This document shows positions 1 to 12,107 of a stretch of DNA of 64,000 bases, piece by piece. Within the stretch, counting starts at the first letter, position 1. The number at the start of each line of letters is the position of its first letter. The stretch covers positions 138,007-202,006 of the forward strand of contig CAWAZT010000003.1 of assembly GCA_963786615.1 (NCBI GenBank). Direction: 5' to 3'. The notes below the pieces were generated by a model. The model saw only the letters and a program-made list of their open reading frames with translations. It made no database searches and was not told the origin of the DNA. The DNA is from an uncultured Acidobacteriota bacterium. GTDB lineage: Bacteria > Acidobacteriota > Vicinamibacteria > Vicinamibacterales > 2-12-FULL-66-21. A program made the translations under genes and the position numbers.

Positions 1-1071
1 GCCGAACGCTGCGGTCTTGCGATAAATCGGCCGGCGAAGGTCCAGCGACTCGATGATGCCGCGCGGCGTGAGCTTGAAGTGCGCGCGCACGAGCTCGCCG
101 ATCCGATCGTCGGAAATCTGACCCGTCCCGAACGTGTCGATGAGGACGGACACGGGCTCGGCGACGCCAATCGCGTAGGCGAGCTGCACGGTGCAGCGTT
201 CCGCGAGGCCGGCGGCCACGACGTTCTTCGCCACGTATCGCGCCATGTAGCACGCCGAGCGATCGACCTTGGTGGGATCTTTTCCGGAGAATGCGCCACC
301 GCCATGCGGCGCCGCGCCGCCGTACGTGTCGACGATGATCTTGCGGCCGGTGACGCCGGCATCGCCGTGCGGGCCGCCGACGACGAAGCGTCCTGTCGGA
401 TTGATCAGCACGCGCGTCTTCGCGTCCATCATGTCGGACGGAATCACGCGATTGACGATCTTGTCGATGATGTCTTCCCGAAGGGTCTCGCTCTGGACCG
501 CCGAGCTGTGCTGCGTGGAGACCACCACGGTGTCGACGCGAACGGGCTTGCCGTTGTCGTATTCGATGGAGACCTGCGACTTGCCGTCGGGGCGAAGGTA
601 ATCGAGAACGCCGTCACGCCGTGCGCACGACAAGCCTTTCACGAGCTTGTGCGCCAGCATGATCGGCATGGGCATCAGCTCGGGCGTTTCCGTGCAGGCG
701 TAGCCGAACATCATGCCCTGGTCGCCGGCGCCGCCCGGGTCGACGCCCTGCGCGATATCGGGCGACTGGCCGTGGATGGACGACAGCACGGCGCAGGTCT
801 CGGAGTCAAAGCCGAATTTCGCGCGCGTGTAGCCGACGTCCTTGATCGTGTCGCGCACGATCTTCGGAAAATCGACGTAGCAGCTCGTCGTGATCTCGCC
901 GGCGATGATCGCCAGGCCGGTGGTGACGAGGGTTTCGCAGGCGACGCGCGCCACAGGGTCTTCCGCGAGAATCGCATCGAGAATGGAATCGGAGATCTGG
1001 TCAGCGATCTTGTCCGGGTGTCCTTCGGTCACCGATTCCGAGGTGAACAGATAACGGCCGTTACGGCTCAT
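1..1071 (-). CDS. metK: S-adenosylmethionine synthetase (3' end runs off the window)
   Basis: Minus-strand translation from ATG 1071 reads [21 protein letters not shown], with GAGDQG, PDGKSQV and GGGAFSGKD motifs. Absent from the ORF track because the stop lies outside the window. Confidence 0.97.
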   Translation of the reverse strand, partial: MSRNGRYLFTSESVTEGHPDKIADQISDSILDAILAEDPVARVACETLVTTGLAIIAGEITTSCYVDFPKIVRDTIKDVGYTRAKFGFDSETCAVLSSIHGQSPDIAQGVDPGGAGDQGMMFGYACTETPELMPMPIMLAHKLVKGLSCARRDGVLDYLRPDGKSQVSIEYDNGKPVRVDTVVVSTQHSSAVQSETLREDIIDKIVNRVIPSDMMDAKTRVLINPTGRFVVGGPHGDAGVTGRKIIVDTYGGAAPHGGGAFSGKDPTKVDRSACYMARYVAKNVVAAGLAERCTVQLAYAIGVAEPVSVLIDTFGTGQISDDRIGELVRAHFKLTPRGIIESLDLRRPIYRKTAAFG

Positions 1072-1143
1072 GGTCCAGTCGAGCTCCTTCGTTCGGACTG
1101 CTTGTCTGCAGTCGATCTCTTAACTGTAGCATATCCAGCGCCA

Positions 1144-2043
1144 TTACCGCGCGCGGGGATGAAACTGATCGTAGACAGCCCGCAATCGAGCTTCCAGCAC
1201 ATGCGTGTAGATCTGCGTCGTGGACAGGTCGGCGTGGCCGAGCATCAGTTGGATCGCGCGCAAATCAGCACCGCGTTCGAGCAGGTGCGTCGCAAAGGAA
1301 TGACGCAGCACGTGCGGGCTCAGACCGCGTGACACGCCGGCTTTGATTCCATAGTCCCTCAGCACCTTCCAGAAGCCGACCCTCGACAGTCGTCCACCAC
1401 CTCTTGCGTTCACGAACAACCAGGCCGCGGATCGCTTCTTCAGCAGCGCGGGCCGTGCGTCACGGACGTAGCGTCCGACCCAGTCAGCGGCCGTATGACC
1501 GAGCGGCACCATGCGCTGCTTGTCGCCTTTGCCGATGCACGTGAGATAGCCCGCCTCGAGGTTGACGTCTCCTGGCCTGAGCGACAGCAACTCGCTGACC
1601 CGCAGGCCAGTGGCGTACAGCAGTTCGATCAGGGCTTTGTCGCGCAGACCTCGCGGCGTCGTCGTGTCCGGCTCGGCGAGCAACCGATCCACCTCGTCGA
1701 GGCCGAGATACTTGGGCAGCGCCGGCCATGCACGAGGGGCCCGCAGATCGGCAGCGGGATCGGCACCGATTTGTTGCTCGAGCAACAGGAAGCGGTAGTA
1801 GCCCCGCGTGCAGGCGATCGCGCGCGCGACCGAGCGCGGAGACAATCCCGCCGACATCAGGTGTCGAGCGAAGGCTTCGAGGTCGTGAAGCGTCAGCGCC
1901 TCGACCGGCTGCCCCTTCTTCTCCGCAAACGCGGCGAGCCCGACCAGATCGCGCGCGTAGCTTTCGATCGTGTTCGGCGAGAGGCGTCGCACGTCGCGCA
2001 GGTACGACAGATAGCCGTCAATCGTGGCGTCACCGCGCGCCAT
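1144..2043 (-). CDS. xerD: Site-specific tyrosine recombinase XerD
   Basis: LYATGLRVSEL, GKGDKQRMVP, SPHVLRHSFATHLL and LGHADLSTTQIYTH motifs; ends FHPRA. Start placed at MARGDATID. Confidence 0.93.
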   Translation of the reverse strand: MARGDATIDGYLSYLRDVRRLSPNTIESYARDLVGLAAFAEKKGQPVEALTLHDLEAFARHLMSAGLSPRSVARAIACTRGYYRFLLLEQQIGADPAADLRAPRAWPALPKYLGLDEVDRLLAEPDTTTPRGLRDKALIELLYATGLRVSELLSLRPGDVNLEAGYLTCIGKGDKQRMVPLGHTAADWVGRYVRDARPALLKKRSAAWLFVNARGGGRLSRVGFWKVLRDYGIKAGVSRGLSPHVLRHSFATHLLERGADLRAIQLMLGHADLSTTQIYTHVLEARLRAVYDQFHPRAR

Positions 2044-3769
2044 GCATGCGCCTCCAGCCCCACTCGATGCACAGCGCGAGCGCGAAGGGGACGCTCCACC
2101 ACGGCGAGCGCATCGGGTGCACTCGAACCCCGACGTCTCGTGCGGGAAGGTGCGTGGCGAGCGACGAGACCAGGTCGGGCACGCGGTCGCGGCTACGCAT
2201 GAGACCGCCTGATGCCGCAACCGCCAACGCCAGGCCTTCGGGATCGGCACCAGCGCCGTGGGCGACGTGATCGGCTGCCAGCACGACGGCGTCCGCCTGC
2301 AGCCCGCCGCTCGCGACGGTCACCATGTACCTGGCCAGCCGCTGTCGGCGTCCATTCGCCCTCGAACACACCGGGTTCGATCGACGGCCACAACCTCAAC
2401 GGGTCGTCGACGTGCGGCTCTGGTCCGACGACACGTGCGCCGATCCTGGTCACGGTCCCCTGAGGTGTGACGGACAGCTCCGTCGCGCGAAGCGTCGCCC
2501 GGACACGTGCTGGCCGGCCGACCTGTATGAGGCCGGGATCGAGCTGGACGCTCAATCGCGGCTGGGCCGAAGACGCAGCCTCGGATAGCACGGATTGCCA
2601 AAACCGGGCGAAGGCGTCCTGACCCGATGCGCGATACCGCCACGCATCGAGCGCACCAGAAAAGATGATCATGCCATCTCCACGTCGCACGCTGAACGCG
2701 ACCGGATCCCGGCTCTTCCCCACCGTCACAAGCGGTCGGGCTGTTCGAGGCAGGTGCGCGACCAGGATCTCGGACGCTCGAATCGCCGATCCACCGGCAA
2801 CCGCGAGATCCATTGGTTGCTCGGTCACGCGTTCTTCGAACGTCACATCGCCAAGCAGCCTGGTATAGCCGCCGTCTGTACGTCTCGTTGCGATGAACGC
2901 GACCGCGCCGCCTCGATCGCGAACGAACCCCTGCAGGAGATCGATCTCTCTCGCGGTCAGGTCTTCCGGGACCGCCGACCACGACGAGATCGTACAGCGC
3001 GAGATCGGATGCCGACAGCGCATGCGGCGGCGCACCGGCACGCGTCGCTGTGCCGGGGGACGCACGCTGCAGGAGCGACAACGCGAAGGCCGGCTCCCCT
3101 TCCAGGCTGCGGCGAACGAACGTCGCGGGCCACGACAGCCTCGTCTCGTAGACGAGCACGCGAAATGGTGACCGTTCGCCCGGCAACCCGATGTCGGCCC
3201 TGCCGTCATCTTCCAGCCCGGCACGAATCGCTCGAATCGTCACCTGCGAGACCTGCGCGGACGGTGGTCTGTACTCGAGCGTCGCGGTCCACGACTCGAC
3301 CGGTTGTTGCCAGCGGTGCCTCGCGGCTGCGACAGCAATGCCGTCCTGCTCCATGCGGACTTCGCTCGTGTCGCCGGTCGCGCCAACGGCGTCGAGCGTG
3401 ACCTGCACGCGGGCTGCTTGTCCGGGAGCTCTCACGGCGCTCGCCGAAACATCGCTGATCCGAATACCCGCCGTCTCGGCTGCGGTCATATCAACTGCCC
3501 AGGTCGGTACGTCGCTCGACGTCTCGGTCCGGCGCCCGATCCGCCACGACAACACGGGCGACGGGAGGCTGACCACTGTTCACGCGAAATCCCGCCTGAC
3601 CGAGGTCGAGCTCGAGAGCCTGCGCCGTTTGCGCGGCGGCATTCGCTCGAGCAGGAGACGCGAACACGGCCAGGTCGATCGGCGGGCGCTCTGTGCGCGG
3701 CACGCCGATCGCCGGGTCCAGGATCGCCGCGAGAGCGATTCCGATCGCCACCCAGCGACAAGCGATCAT
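2030..3769 (-). CDS. Membrane protein of the MoxR operon (VWA/glutamine-amidotransferase-like family), frameshifted
   Basis: Joined from ORFs 3491-3769, 2320-3576, 2193-3224 and 2030-2371. N-terminal TM (IALAAILDP), YDLVVV...FVRDRGG segment, C-terminal CIEWGWRRMHG typical of these genes. Confidence 0.6.
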
Positions 3770-5856
3770 CGTCGATCCTCTTCGAGCGACATACGGCCGA
3801 CGAGGCGGTCGAGCGCCGGCGTTGCCGGATTCACGCCGAGTCGACCTCGTTGAGCGCGCGCGACGATCCCCGCCGCCGAGGTGTTGAGAGCCGACCGTAC
3901 GTCTGCCGATCGTCCGTTCAGCAGCGCCTCCCGAGCCGCCAAGAGTTGCTTCGAGGATTGCTGAACATCGGCGGAGGCCGGATCGATGCGAAGTACACGT
4001 TCAGCAAGGGTCCCAAGATCATCGGCGAGATGCGCGCGGTCATCGCGCGTCCCCGACGATTGAGCTTCCATGCTCACGCGGGCAGCGATCCGCAGGAGAT
4101 CGCCGAGTGCCTGCTCCGCGGCGGCCACTGATGCGTTGGAGTCTGGTGAGGCAATCGCCCGCAGCCAATCCACCGCGGACGCCCGATCGCCTGTCAGCCG
4201 CCTGGACGGATCGAGGCGCGCTCTCGTCGGAAGGGCGCGCAGCAGGTATCGGCTGTGTCCAAACGCGCGCTGCAGCGCCTGTGCGGCCTCGCGCGCCGGC
4301 GGCAACGCCTCCGATGTCGACACCGCGCCCAGCGCCTGATCCACGCGCGTCATCAGCCGCGTCGCGGTGAGAATCTCCTGCCGCGCGCGATTCTCGAATG
4401 GTCCTTCGAGGATCTCGGTCGCCGACTCCGCCTCTTTTTCCTCGTCCTCGATCCCGCCACCGAGCAGAAACAGGAAGTTCGCGCGAACGGCGCGCTGTTC
4501 CGAGGCGATCGCCGCCGCCGCTTCCTGAAGCGCCGCCTTCGTCATCGAGGATTCCCGCGCCCGCAGACGTTCGATCTTCAAGACGATCATCTGCTGGCTG
4601 AGCACGTAGCGTTCCCGGTCCGGTGGCATGTCGAAACCCGCCAGCGCCACGTCCCCGGGACCAGCAATCTCGACGAAGTAGGTGTCCGATGTGCCGAGTC
4701 CGTCATCCCCCGGGCGCTTGTCGCGCGCGACGGCTCGGTAGACCAGGGCATCTCCGGGCTCCAGCTTCATCGCCGCGAGCGAGAGACGCGCGCTGGCACG
4801 CCAGTCGTTACCGGACTTTCGATCCACCGTTGCCGTCAACGTGCCTTCATGGAACTGGTACTGCTCGCCGGCGCCGGAAATGCGCGTGTAGCGGATGTCC
4901 ATCGACGCCAGGGCGAGATCATCCTGCGCGGTCGCGGCAATATCGATGGCGCCAGAGACGTTTGCCACGTGCAGGTCGCGAGCCGGCGCGAGGATACGAA
5001 CGTCGGGCGCGTGATCCGGAACGACCATCGTGGGTATCAAGCGTCGGGTCACACCCTTCCCGTCAACCGCCAGGTATCCGCTTTCCGTCAATTCAGCGTC
5101 CGCGATTCTCGCGTCGCCTTCGCGACGGATGTGCATGTCGAGGCCATTGAGGCGCACGCGGGGATCGGCATCAGGCGGCACCCCGGACAGCATGATGGTG
5201 ATGCGGCTGGCGGCGATCACTTCGAGAGCCGACGGATTGCGGATATGCGACGACGGCCGGCTCGTGTACTCGGGCGGATAAACATCGACCGAGAGATCGC
5301 CAGGCGCCGTGCCTGACGTTGAGGCCGCGCTGGGCGCGGTTGGCCGAGCGCGATGTGCGGACGGATGGATCAGAAACGCTCCGCCGGCCAGGAGGAGCGC
5401 GGGCAGCACGACTGCGACTGAGCCGGCTAACGGCACGACGAGGCGCGGATCGACGCGCGTGGCCTCACGAGACGCTTCCGCGAGCACCCGGTCGCGCATG
5501 TACACCGCCGTTCGACCGCGTCGCGAGAGTAATTCCTCAGCGGTGACGATCAGGTTTCGCAGATCCGGGTGGGACCGCTCGACGAGAGCTGCCGAGGCGC
5601 GCGCCGTTCGTAGCCGCCCGTTCCACATGAGGACGGCGGTCGCGGGCAAGGCCGCTGCGATCAGGATTGACACCCACGTCGCCAGTGGCGTCAAGCCCGC
5701 AAGTCGGTCGACCACAATGACGGCAGCTGCGCATGTGAGGGCCGCTGACGTCGCATAGAGGCCATCACGAACGCGCATACGCGCGGCGACCGTCCCGAGC
5801 AACCCCTCGAGCTCGTGATGAGCGCCGTTCTGAGCACCGTCACGCAGCTTGGACAT
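3766..5856 (-). CDS. DUF4175-like large membrane protein
   Basis: N-terminal TM helices, PPEYT and DDLAL motifs, LEPGDALVYRAVARD, then a helical C-terminus; translationally coupled to its neighbours. Confidence 0.6.
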   Translation of the reverse strand: MSKLRDGAQNGAHHELEGLLGTVAARMRVRDGLYATSAALTCAAAVIVVDRLAGLTPLATWVSILIAAALPATAVLMWNGRLRTARASAALVERSHPDLRNLIVTAEELLSRRGRTAVYMRDRVLAEASREATRVDPRLVVPLAGSVAVVLPALLLAGGAFLIHPSAHRARPTAPSAASTSGTAPGDLSVDVYPPEYTSRPSSHIRNPSALEVIAASRITIMLSGVPPDADPRVRLNGLDMHIRREGDARIADAELTESGYLAVDGKGVTRRLIPTMVVPDHAPDVRILAPARDLHVANVSGAIDIAATAQDDLALASMDIRYTRISGAGEQYQFHEGTLTATVDRKSGNDWRASARLSLAAMKLEPGDALVYRAVARDKRPGDDGLGTSDTYFVEIAGPGDVALAGFDMPPDRERYVLSQQMIVLKIERLRARESSMTKAALQEAAAAIASEQRAVRANFLFLLGGGIEDEEKEAESATEILEGPFENRARQEILTATRLMTRVDQALGAVSTSEALPPAREAAQALQRAFGHSRYLLRALPTRARLDPSRRLTGDRASAVDWLRAIASPDSNASVAAAEQALGDLLRIAARVSMEAQSSGTRDDRAHLADDLGTLAERVLRIDPASADVQQSSKQLLAAREALLNGRSADVRSALNTSAAGIVARAQRGRLGVNPATPALDRLVGRMSLEEDRR

Positions 5857-7189
5857 GGGCGTCCTCGCGACGTCGTGGCGTCGCACGTCCTCGAATCCAG
5901 GTTTCGGTCAAGAGGAGCACAAGCGCCGCCGTCCAGAACCATCGCGCGTCGGTGCGATCGGCTCTCGGCCAGGACTGGGGCGTTACCGGTCCTGGTTCGC
6001 GACGAAACGAGTCGAGCTGCACGTCGCGTATCTGATTGACCTCCTGGTCCGGCGCCGGGGCGACGTCCCGGGAAAGGAGCAGGGCACGAATGAGGGCGGT
6101 CGCGAAGATCGATGGTGCCCGAGTTGCCGCTCGGACCAGGACCTCGCCGTCGGCTTCAGCCGCTGCGACGAGCGTTCGACCGCGAGAGTCGCGGATCATC
6201 GGAGTCCAGGGCGCCGACACCCGCAGATCCGTCGGGTCCTCGACGTTCTTACTGGCCTGCGCCAGCAACTCGTTCGCGCGAAGCGATTCGAGGAGGCGGG
6301 CGCCCGCACGCGATCGGATCTCGTGGGCCTTCTCGAAGCTCGGAGGTAGCCGGGCTCCATCGAGTGCCAACGCGACGCGCGTGTCGGTCGGTGTCGATGG
6401 CACACCGAACGCCTCCGCCGCGCGCAAGGCGATCCGCACATCCTGTTCTTCCTCGTGCGCCGTGCTGATGGATAATCCCTGCACAGCCACAGGCGTCGGC
6501 GCCCTCCGCCAGACCGTTGTCGTCGACGTGCCGTCGATGGCGGTTGTGGGTTCCCAGCGATCGCCACGCCAGCCGCTCATCGGCTGCCCCGTCCACTCTC
6601 GTCTCGACGGCGCCGTGCCCGCTCGCACGAATCGCAATCCGATTTCCTTGGGAATCGCAGCGAGCGCTCGAGGATCGAGCACCTGCTGTTGAAAATCCGA
6701 GATCACGACAATCTCGCGGCGCGCCGGAGGCATCGCATCGAGCAGCCGTGTCGCGCGGGTCAGCCCTTCGTTCACGTCCGCAGCGTCCAGGCGCGTGGCT
6801 TGAAATGCGCTCGTTTCCTCCGCCCGCGCGATCTCCGCCGCCAGATCCGCCGGAACACGGCCCGGCCCGTCGGTCAGTGTCATGCTCGGGCTCGAGTCGA
6901 TCACGATCGCGCGAGCGACACGGCCGTTCCAGCCGGCAAGTCGCCAGGACGTGACGAACAGCGGCTGGGCGCACGCAGCCACCGCGAACGCGACGATCGC
7001 AAGACGCAGAATCAGCAGCCAGACATCAGTCGGTTGCCGGAGCCGCACGGCTGCCGTATTCGACGGCGGAACAAACCGAAGCGTCGGAAACGGCAGGCGT
7101 CGCGCCCGGTGGCGCGTGAGCAGGTGAAGTGCCAACGGTCCGGCAAGCAGCGTCAAGCCGGCCAGCGCCGCGGGAAGCAGCCAGACCAT
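5840..7189 (-). CDS. BatA (aerotolerance N-terminal) domain protein with VWA-like region
   Basis: N-terminus LAGPLALHLL...FPTLRF...LLILRL, DSSPSM and VVISDFQ VWA-like motifs, C-terminal TM LLLTETW. Confidence 0.8.
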   Translation of the reverse strand: MVWLLPAALAGLTLLAGPLALHLLTRHRARRLPFPTLRFVPPSNTAAVRLRQPTDVWLLILRLAIVAFAVAACAQPLFVTSWRLAGWNGRVARAIVIDSSPSMTLTDGPGRVPADLAAEIARAEETSAFQATRLDAADVNEGLTRATRLLDAMPPARREIVVISDFQQQVLDPRALAAIPKEIGLRFVRAGTAPSRREWTGQPMSGWRGDRWEPTTAIDGTSTTTVWRRAPTPVAVQGLSISTAHEEEQDVRIALRAAEAFGVPSTPTDTRVALALDGARLPPSFEKAHEIRSRAGARLLESLRANELLAQASKNVEDPTDLRVSAPWTPMIRDSRGRTLVAAAEADGEVLVRAATRAPSIFATALIRALLLSRDVAPAPDQEVNQIRDVQLDSFRREPGPVTPQSWPRADRTDARWFWTAALVLLLTETWIRGRATPRRREDAHVQAA

Positions 7190-8073
7190 CAGGTCACCAG
7201 ACGTGCGGCGCGCCTGTGGAGGTAGCCGCGAAGCGCCTCGTCGAGCGGCGTCTCCGTCAGGACGCGTACGTAGTCAATCCCAAACGCCGCGCAGCGGCTC
7301 CGCCATCGGTCGAGAAACGCGGCGAACTCCTCACGATACTGGCGCCCGCTCGCCATTCTGTTCGAGACCACCGAGCGCCCCGTCTCGAGATCGACGAGCT
7401 CGACGTCTCCATTGAACGGGAGCTCGATTTCGTCGCGGGACAGGACATGGAAGACCACGACCTCGTGGTCGGCGTGAGCGGCGCGTTGCAGCGCCCGCGC
7501 GACGGCCTCGTCTTCGTCGTACAGATCCGACACGACGACAATGAGTCCGCGGCGGCGCAGCAGGTCTACCGTCCGTCCGAGCGCGAGCGCGGCGTGTGTC
7601 TCGCCTGCCGGCGTCGCGCGCGCGAGACTGACCAGGACCGCCCGCAGGTGCAGCTGCCCGCCTCGACTCGGCAGGTAGTCGCGAATTCCGTCGGCATACG
7701 TCATGAGGCCCACGCCGTCTCCCTGCCGAACGAGCAGGTGCGCCAAGGCCCCAGCGATCATGCGCGCATAGTGAAACTTGCTGACGCCGTTCGCGCCTGC
7801 GTACGCCATCGAGCCGCTCGTATCGAGCGCGATCTGACACAGCAGGTTCGTGGTCTCGCGAAACTGCTTCGTGTACAGCCGGTCCGTGCGTGCGAAGAGC
7901 TTCCAGTCGACGTACTTCAGATCGTCGCCCGGGCGATAGTGCCGATACTGGCTGAACTCCGCGCTGTAGCCGTGAAAGGGACTGCGATGCAGCCCCGGAG
8001 ATCGTGCCGTCGACGACAACGCGGGAGACGAGATCGAGGTCGGCGAGCGTCGCGAGGACGGCCGGGTCCAGCA

Positions 8074-8074
<1 letters not shown>
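7189..8074 (-). CDS. DUF58 domain protein, frameshift near 8005
   Basis: MLDPAVLA...G / LHRSPFHGYSAEFSQYRHYRPGDDLKYVDWK and LDTSGSM. Confidence 0.88.
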
Positions 8075-9096
<1,022 letters not shown>

Positions 9097-9338
9097 CTGT
9101 GTCGCAGTCTACTACGGAGATTTCGCGCTGTGCGCGACGGCCCGCCAGACCGTGCGGGACAGCGTTGTCCCCATAAACCATGACGGTCGCGTCGGCCTGG
9201 CGCCACCCGCCCTGCTGGTCCGTTGCTGGCCTCCGCCAGGGAGCGGCTCGTCACCTGATCGTTGACAGCAGCGCAACGCCGCGAGTAACGTACGCGGTTG
9301 GCCGTTCGCGCGCCCGGGTGCGGCGGCCGCACCCGTCC

Positions 9339-10283
9339 ATGCAGACCCATTCGAAGTGGCAGTCGCTCCCCACGGAGCAAATCAACCCCGCCAGTCTCGC
9401 AATCGACAAGACTCCGGTTCGCGACATCATCGATATGGTGGTGAACGAGGACCGCAAGGTCGTCGCCGCCGTGCACAAGGAGAAGGAGAAGATCGCCCAC
9501 GGCATCGAGATCATCACGCAGGCGCTGCGCAAGGGCGGTCGCATCGTCTTCGTCGGCGCCGGCACCAGCGGGCGGCTCGGAGTCGTCGAAGCGGCCGAGA
9601 TGCCGCCGACGTTTGGAACGCCGCCACGGCTCGTGCAGGCAATCATGGCGGGCGGGCAGGCAGCCGTCTTCACGGCGAAAGAAGGCGTCGAGGACAACTA
9701 CGAAGAGGGCGGCAGGAGCGTCGCGCGGCTCCGTCTCACGAACCGCGACGTGGTGGTCGGCGTGTCGGCGAGCGGTATCACGCCGTTCGTTCGTGGCGCG
9801 CTCACGCGCGGGCGCAAGGCCGGCGTGAAGATCATCTTCGTCACCTGCTGGCCGGGCTCCGAGCTGCAGAACTTCGTCGACTTGATCATCGCGCCGGCGG
9901 TCGGACCGGAGATCATTGCGGGCTCCACGCGCCTCAAGGCCGCGACCGCCACCAAGATGGTGCTCAACATGTTGACCACCGTCTCGATGATCAAGGTCGG
10001 CAAGACCTACGGCAACCTGATGGTCGACGTGCGCACGGGCTCGGAGAAACTCAAGGATCGGGCGCGCCGGATTCTCGGCGTGGTCACCGGCATCGACTAC
10101 GACACCGCCGACGCGTTGCTCAAGCGCGCAGGCTGGAACGTGAAGGCCGCGATCGTGATGCAGAAGACGGGGCTCTCGAGGCCGCAGGCACTGAAGCGGC
10201 TGAAGAATGCCGATGACTCGGTGCGCGAGGCCATCGGCGAAGACATCGAGCCCAGGCTCAGGGAGCTGCTGAAAACGAAGTAG
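9339..10283 (+). CDS. murQ: N-acetylmuramic acid 6-phosphate etherase
   Basis: LPTEQIN, GAGTSGRLG, EMPPTFG, VGPEIIAGSTRLKAATATKMVLNMLTT, GNLMVDV. Confidence 0.95.
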   Translation: MQTHSKWQSLPTEQINPASLAIDKTPVRDIIDMVVNEDRKVVAAVHKEKEKIAHGIEIITQALRKGGRIVFVGAGTSGRLGVVEAAEMPPTFGTPPRLVQAIMAGGQAAVFTAKEGVEDNYEEGGRSVARLRLTNRDVVVGVSASGITPFVRGALTRGRKAGVKIIFVTCWPGSELQNFVDLIIAPAVGPEIIAGSTRLKAATATKMVLNMLTTVSMIKVGKTYGNLMVDVRTGSEKLKDRARRILGVVTGIDYDTADALLKRAGWNVKAAIVMQKTGLSRPQALKRLKNADDSVREAIGEDIEPRLRELLKTK

Positions 10284-11046
10284 TCGGCTGCCCGCTCCGG
10301 CAGCTGCGACGCCGCCGGACCATCGAGCCACAGATCGACGTTGCCGTGCAGCTCCAGGAACGACGCCGGCAGCTTCGGCGTAATCGGGCCCGCCACCATC
10401 CCTCGAATCGCCGGCGCCTTCGATTTTCCGGTCGCGATCAGGAGGATCCGCCGGGCATGGAGGATCGTCGCCATGCCCATCGACAACGCTTCGCGCGGTA
10501 CGCGGTCGGCGTCCCCGCCGAAGAGCGAGGCGTTGCTGCGCCGCGTCTCGGCCTTCAACTCAACCTTGTGCGTCCGCGCGATCAGCGCGCGACGCCGGCT
10601 CGTTGAAGCCGATGTGACCGTTCGTGCCAATCCCGAGGATCAGCAGGTCGATCCCGCCCACCGCCGCGATCTCGCCCTCGTACCGCACGCACTCCGCCTC
10701 GAGATCCGCCGCCGCGCCGTTGAGAAAGTGAATCCGCTCCGGCGCCAGGTTCACGTGGGCGAACAGATGCTGCGCCATGAACGTGCGGTAGCTGCCCGGG
10801 TTCGACGGATCGAGGCCGGCGAACTCGTCCAGGTTGAACGTCGTGGCGAGGGAGAAATCGGCATTGCCGCGACGCGTGCAGCGCCACGAGCTCGCGATAC
10901 AGGCGGATCGGCGTGCGGCCCGTCGGAAGTCCGAGCACCAGGCGAGGATTCTCGCGCAGGTCCGCCGCGATGTGTCCGGCGAGCGCCTTTGCCAGCGCAC
11001 GCTCGTCACCGAACGTCGTGACGCGCAGCGGCGCACCGGCCGGCAC
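10280..11046 (-). CDS. nagB: Glucosamine-6-phosphate deaminase, frameshifted; ends approximate
   Basis: [47 protein letters not shown] and PASFLELH spread over three frames. Confidence 0.88.
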
Positions 11047-11060
11047 GATCCCGTTCGGAG

Positions 11061-12019
11061 TCAATCGACTTTGTACTCCGGAACGTGGCCTTCGCCGCGA
11101 GCCTCGCAGGAGCGCGAGGCGCACCGCGCCGATCGCGGGTTCGACGTCGAGGCGGATGGTGCGGCTTGCCGGTGACGCCAGCGGCAGTCGGCGTTCGAGC
11201 TCTTCGTACAACCAGGGAACCGCCTTGAACATCCCGCCGGCCAGCACGAATGGAAATGAGTCGACCGACCAGATCGAGCCTGCGGGCAACCGAGAGCGCC
11301 GAGGACTCGAGCTCGTCTGCCGAGCCTCGAAGGATGCCGATCGCAACGGAGTCGCCGGCCTTGAACGCGGTGTGGACGTACTGCGCCAGCGCGGCAATCG
11401 CCGATGGCCTCAGTGTGCCGTGATAGACCTCGTGAATGAGTTCCTGCGCGCGATCGATCCGAAAGTATTTCAGCAGCAGGCCCGTGAGCTGCGTTTTCGG
11501 TCCGCGTCGATCCGCCTCACGCAGCACCGCCCGCAGCGCGGCGCGGCCGATCCAGTAGCCGCTGCCCTCATCGCCGAGCACGTAGCCCCATCCCCCAGAG
11601 CGGGCCGCCTCGTTCCGGCTGTTGCGGCCGTAGGCGATGGACCCGGTTCCGGCGATCACGACGACGCCGGGCTCGTTCGGCGCGCCGGCTTCCAGCGCCA
11701 CGAGGGCGTCGTTGACGACGAGGATGCGGGCCTTGGAGCCGATCCGCCGCATGATGCCGCTCACGGTGCGCGCGTCCTCCGGTCGATCGACGCCCGCGAT
11801 GCCCAGGCAGATCGCCGACGGACTGATCTCCCGATCGCCGATCGCCTCGTGCATCACTTCGTGAAGCACCTTCTCCACTTCGAGCTCGCCGGACGCTTGA
11901 AGGTTCGCGCCCCCACGCCGTGCCTCGGCGAGCACTTCGCCGCTGTCGTTCGCGAGCTGACAGACTGTCTTCGTCCCGCCTGCGTCGATACCAAGAACGT
12001 AAATCAAAACGAACCGCAC
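11061..12019 (-). CDS. BadF/BadG/BcrA/BcrD-type amino-sugar kinase (GlcNAc/MurNAc kinase-like), frameshifted
   Basis: LGIDAGGTKT, IAGTGSIAYG, GGWGYVLGDEGSGYWIG; adjacent to murQ and nagB. Confidence 0.85.
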
Positions 12020-12107
12020 GATAGTGCCGCACGCGCGCGAAAGTCAAACAGTCGCCACGGATTCCGTTGACACTCACTTTCCGCAACTGCTACATTCTCG
12101 GGACCAT

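Noticed and set aside
1072-1143. SAM riboswitch upstream of metK
   Set aside because: Only about 70 nt of intergenic space and no SAM-I or SAM-II consensus visible.
79-1332. 417-aa plus-strand ORF and similar long ORFs (7129-9042, 25115-27301, 32600-34741, 42855-45254)
   Set aside because: Antisense shadows of metK, moxR, pilB, mltD and secA caused by high-GC codon bias; no recognisable motifs.
1144-2043. Tyrosine recombinase as a prophage or island integrase
   Set aside because: Length and motifs match housekeeping XerD; no att site, tRNA or phage genes nearby.
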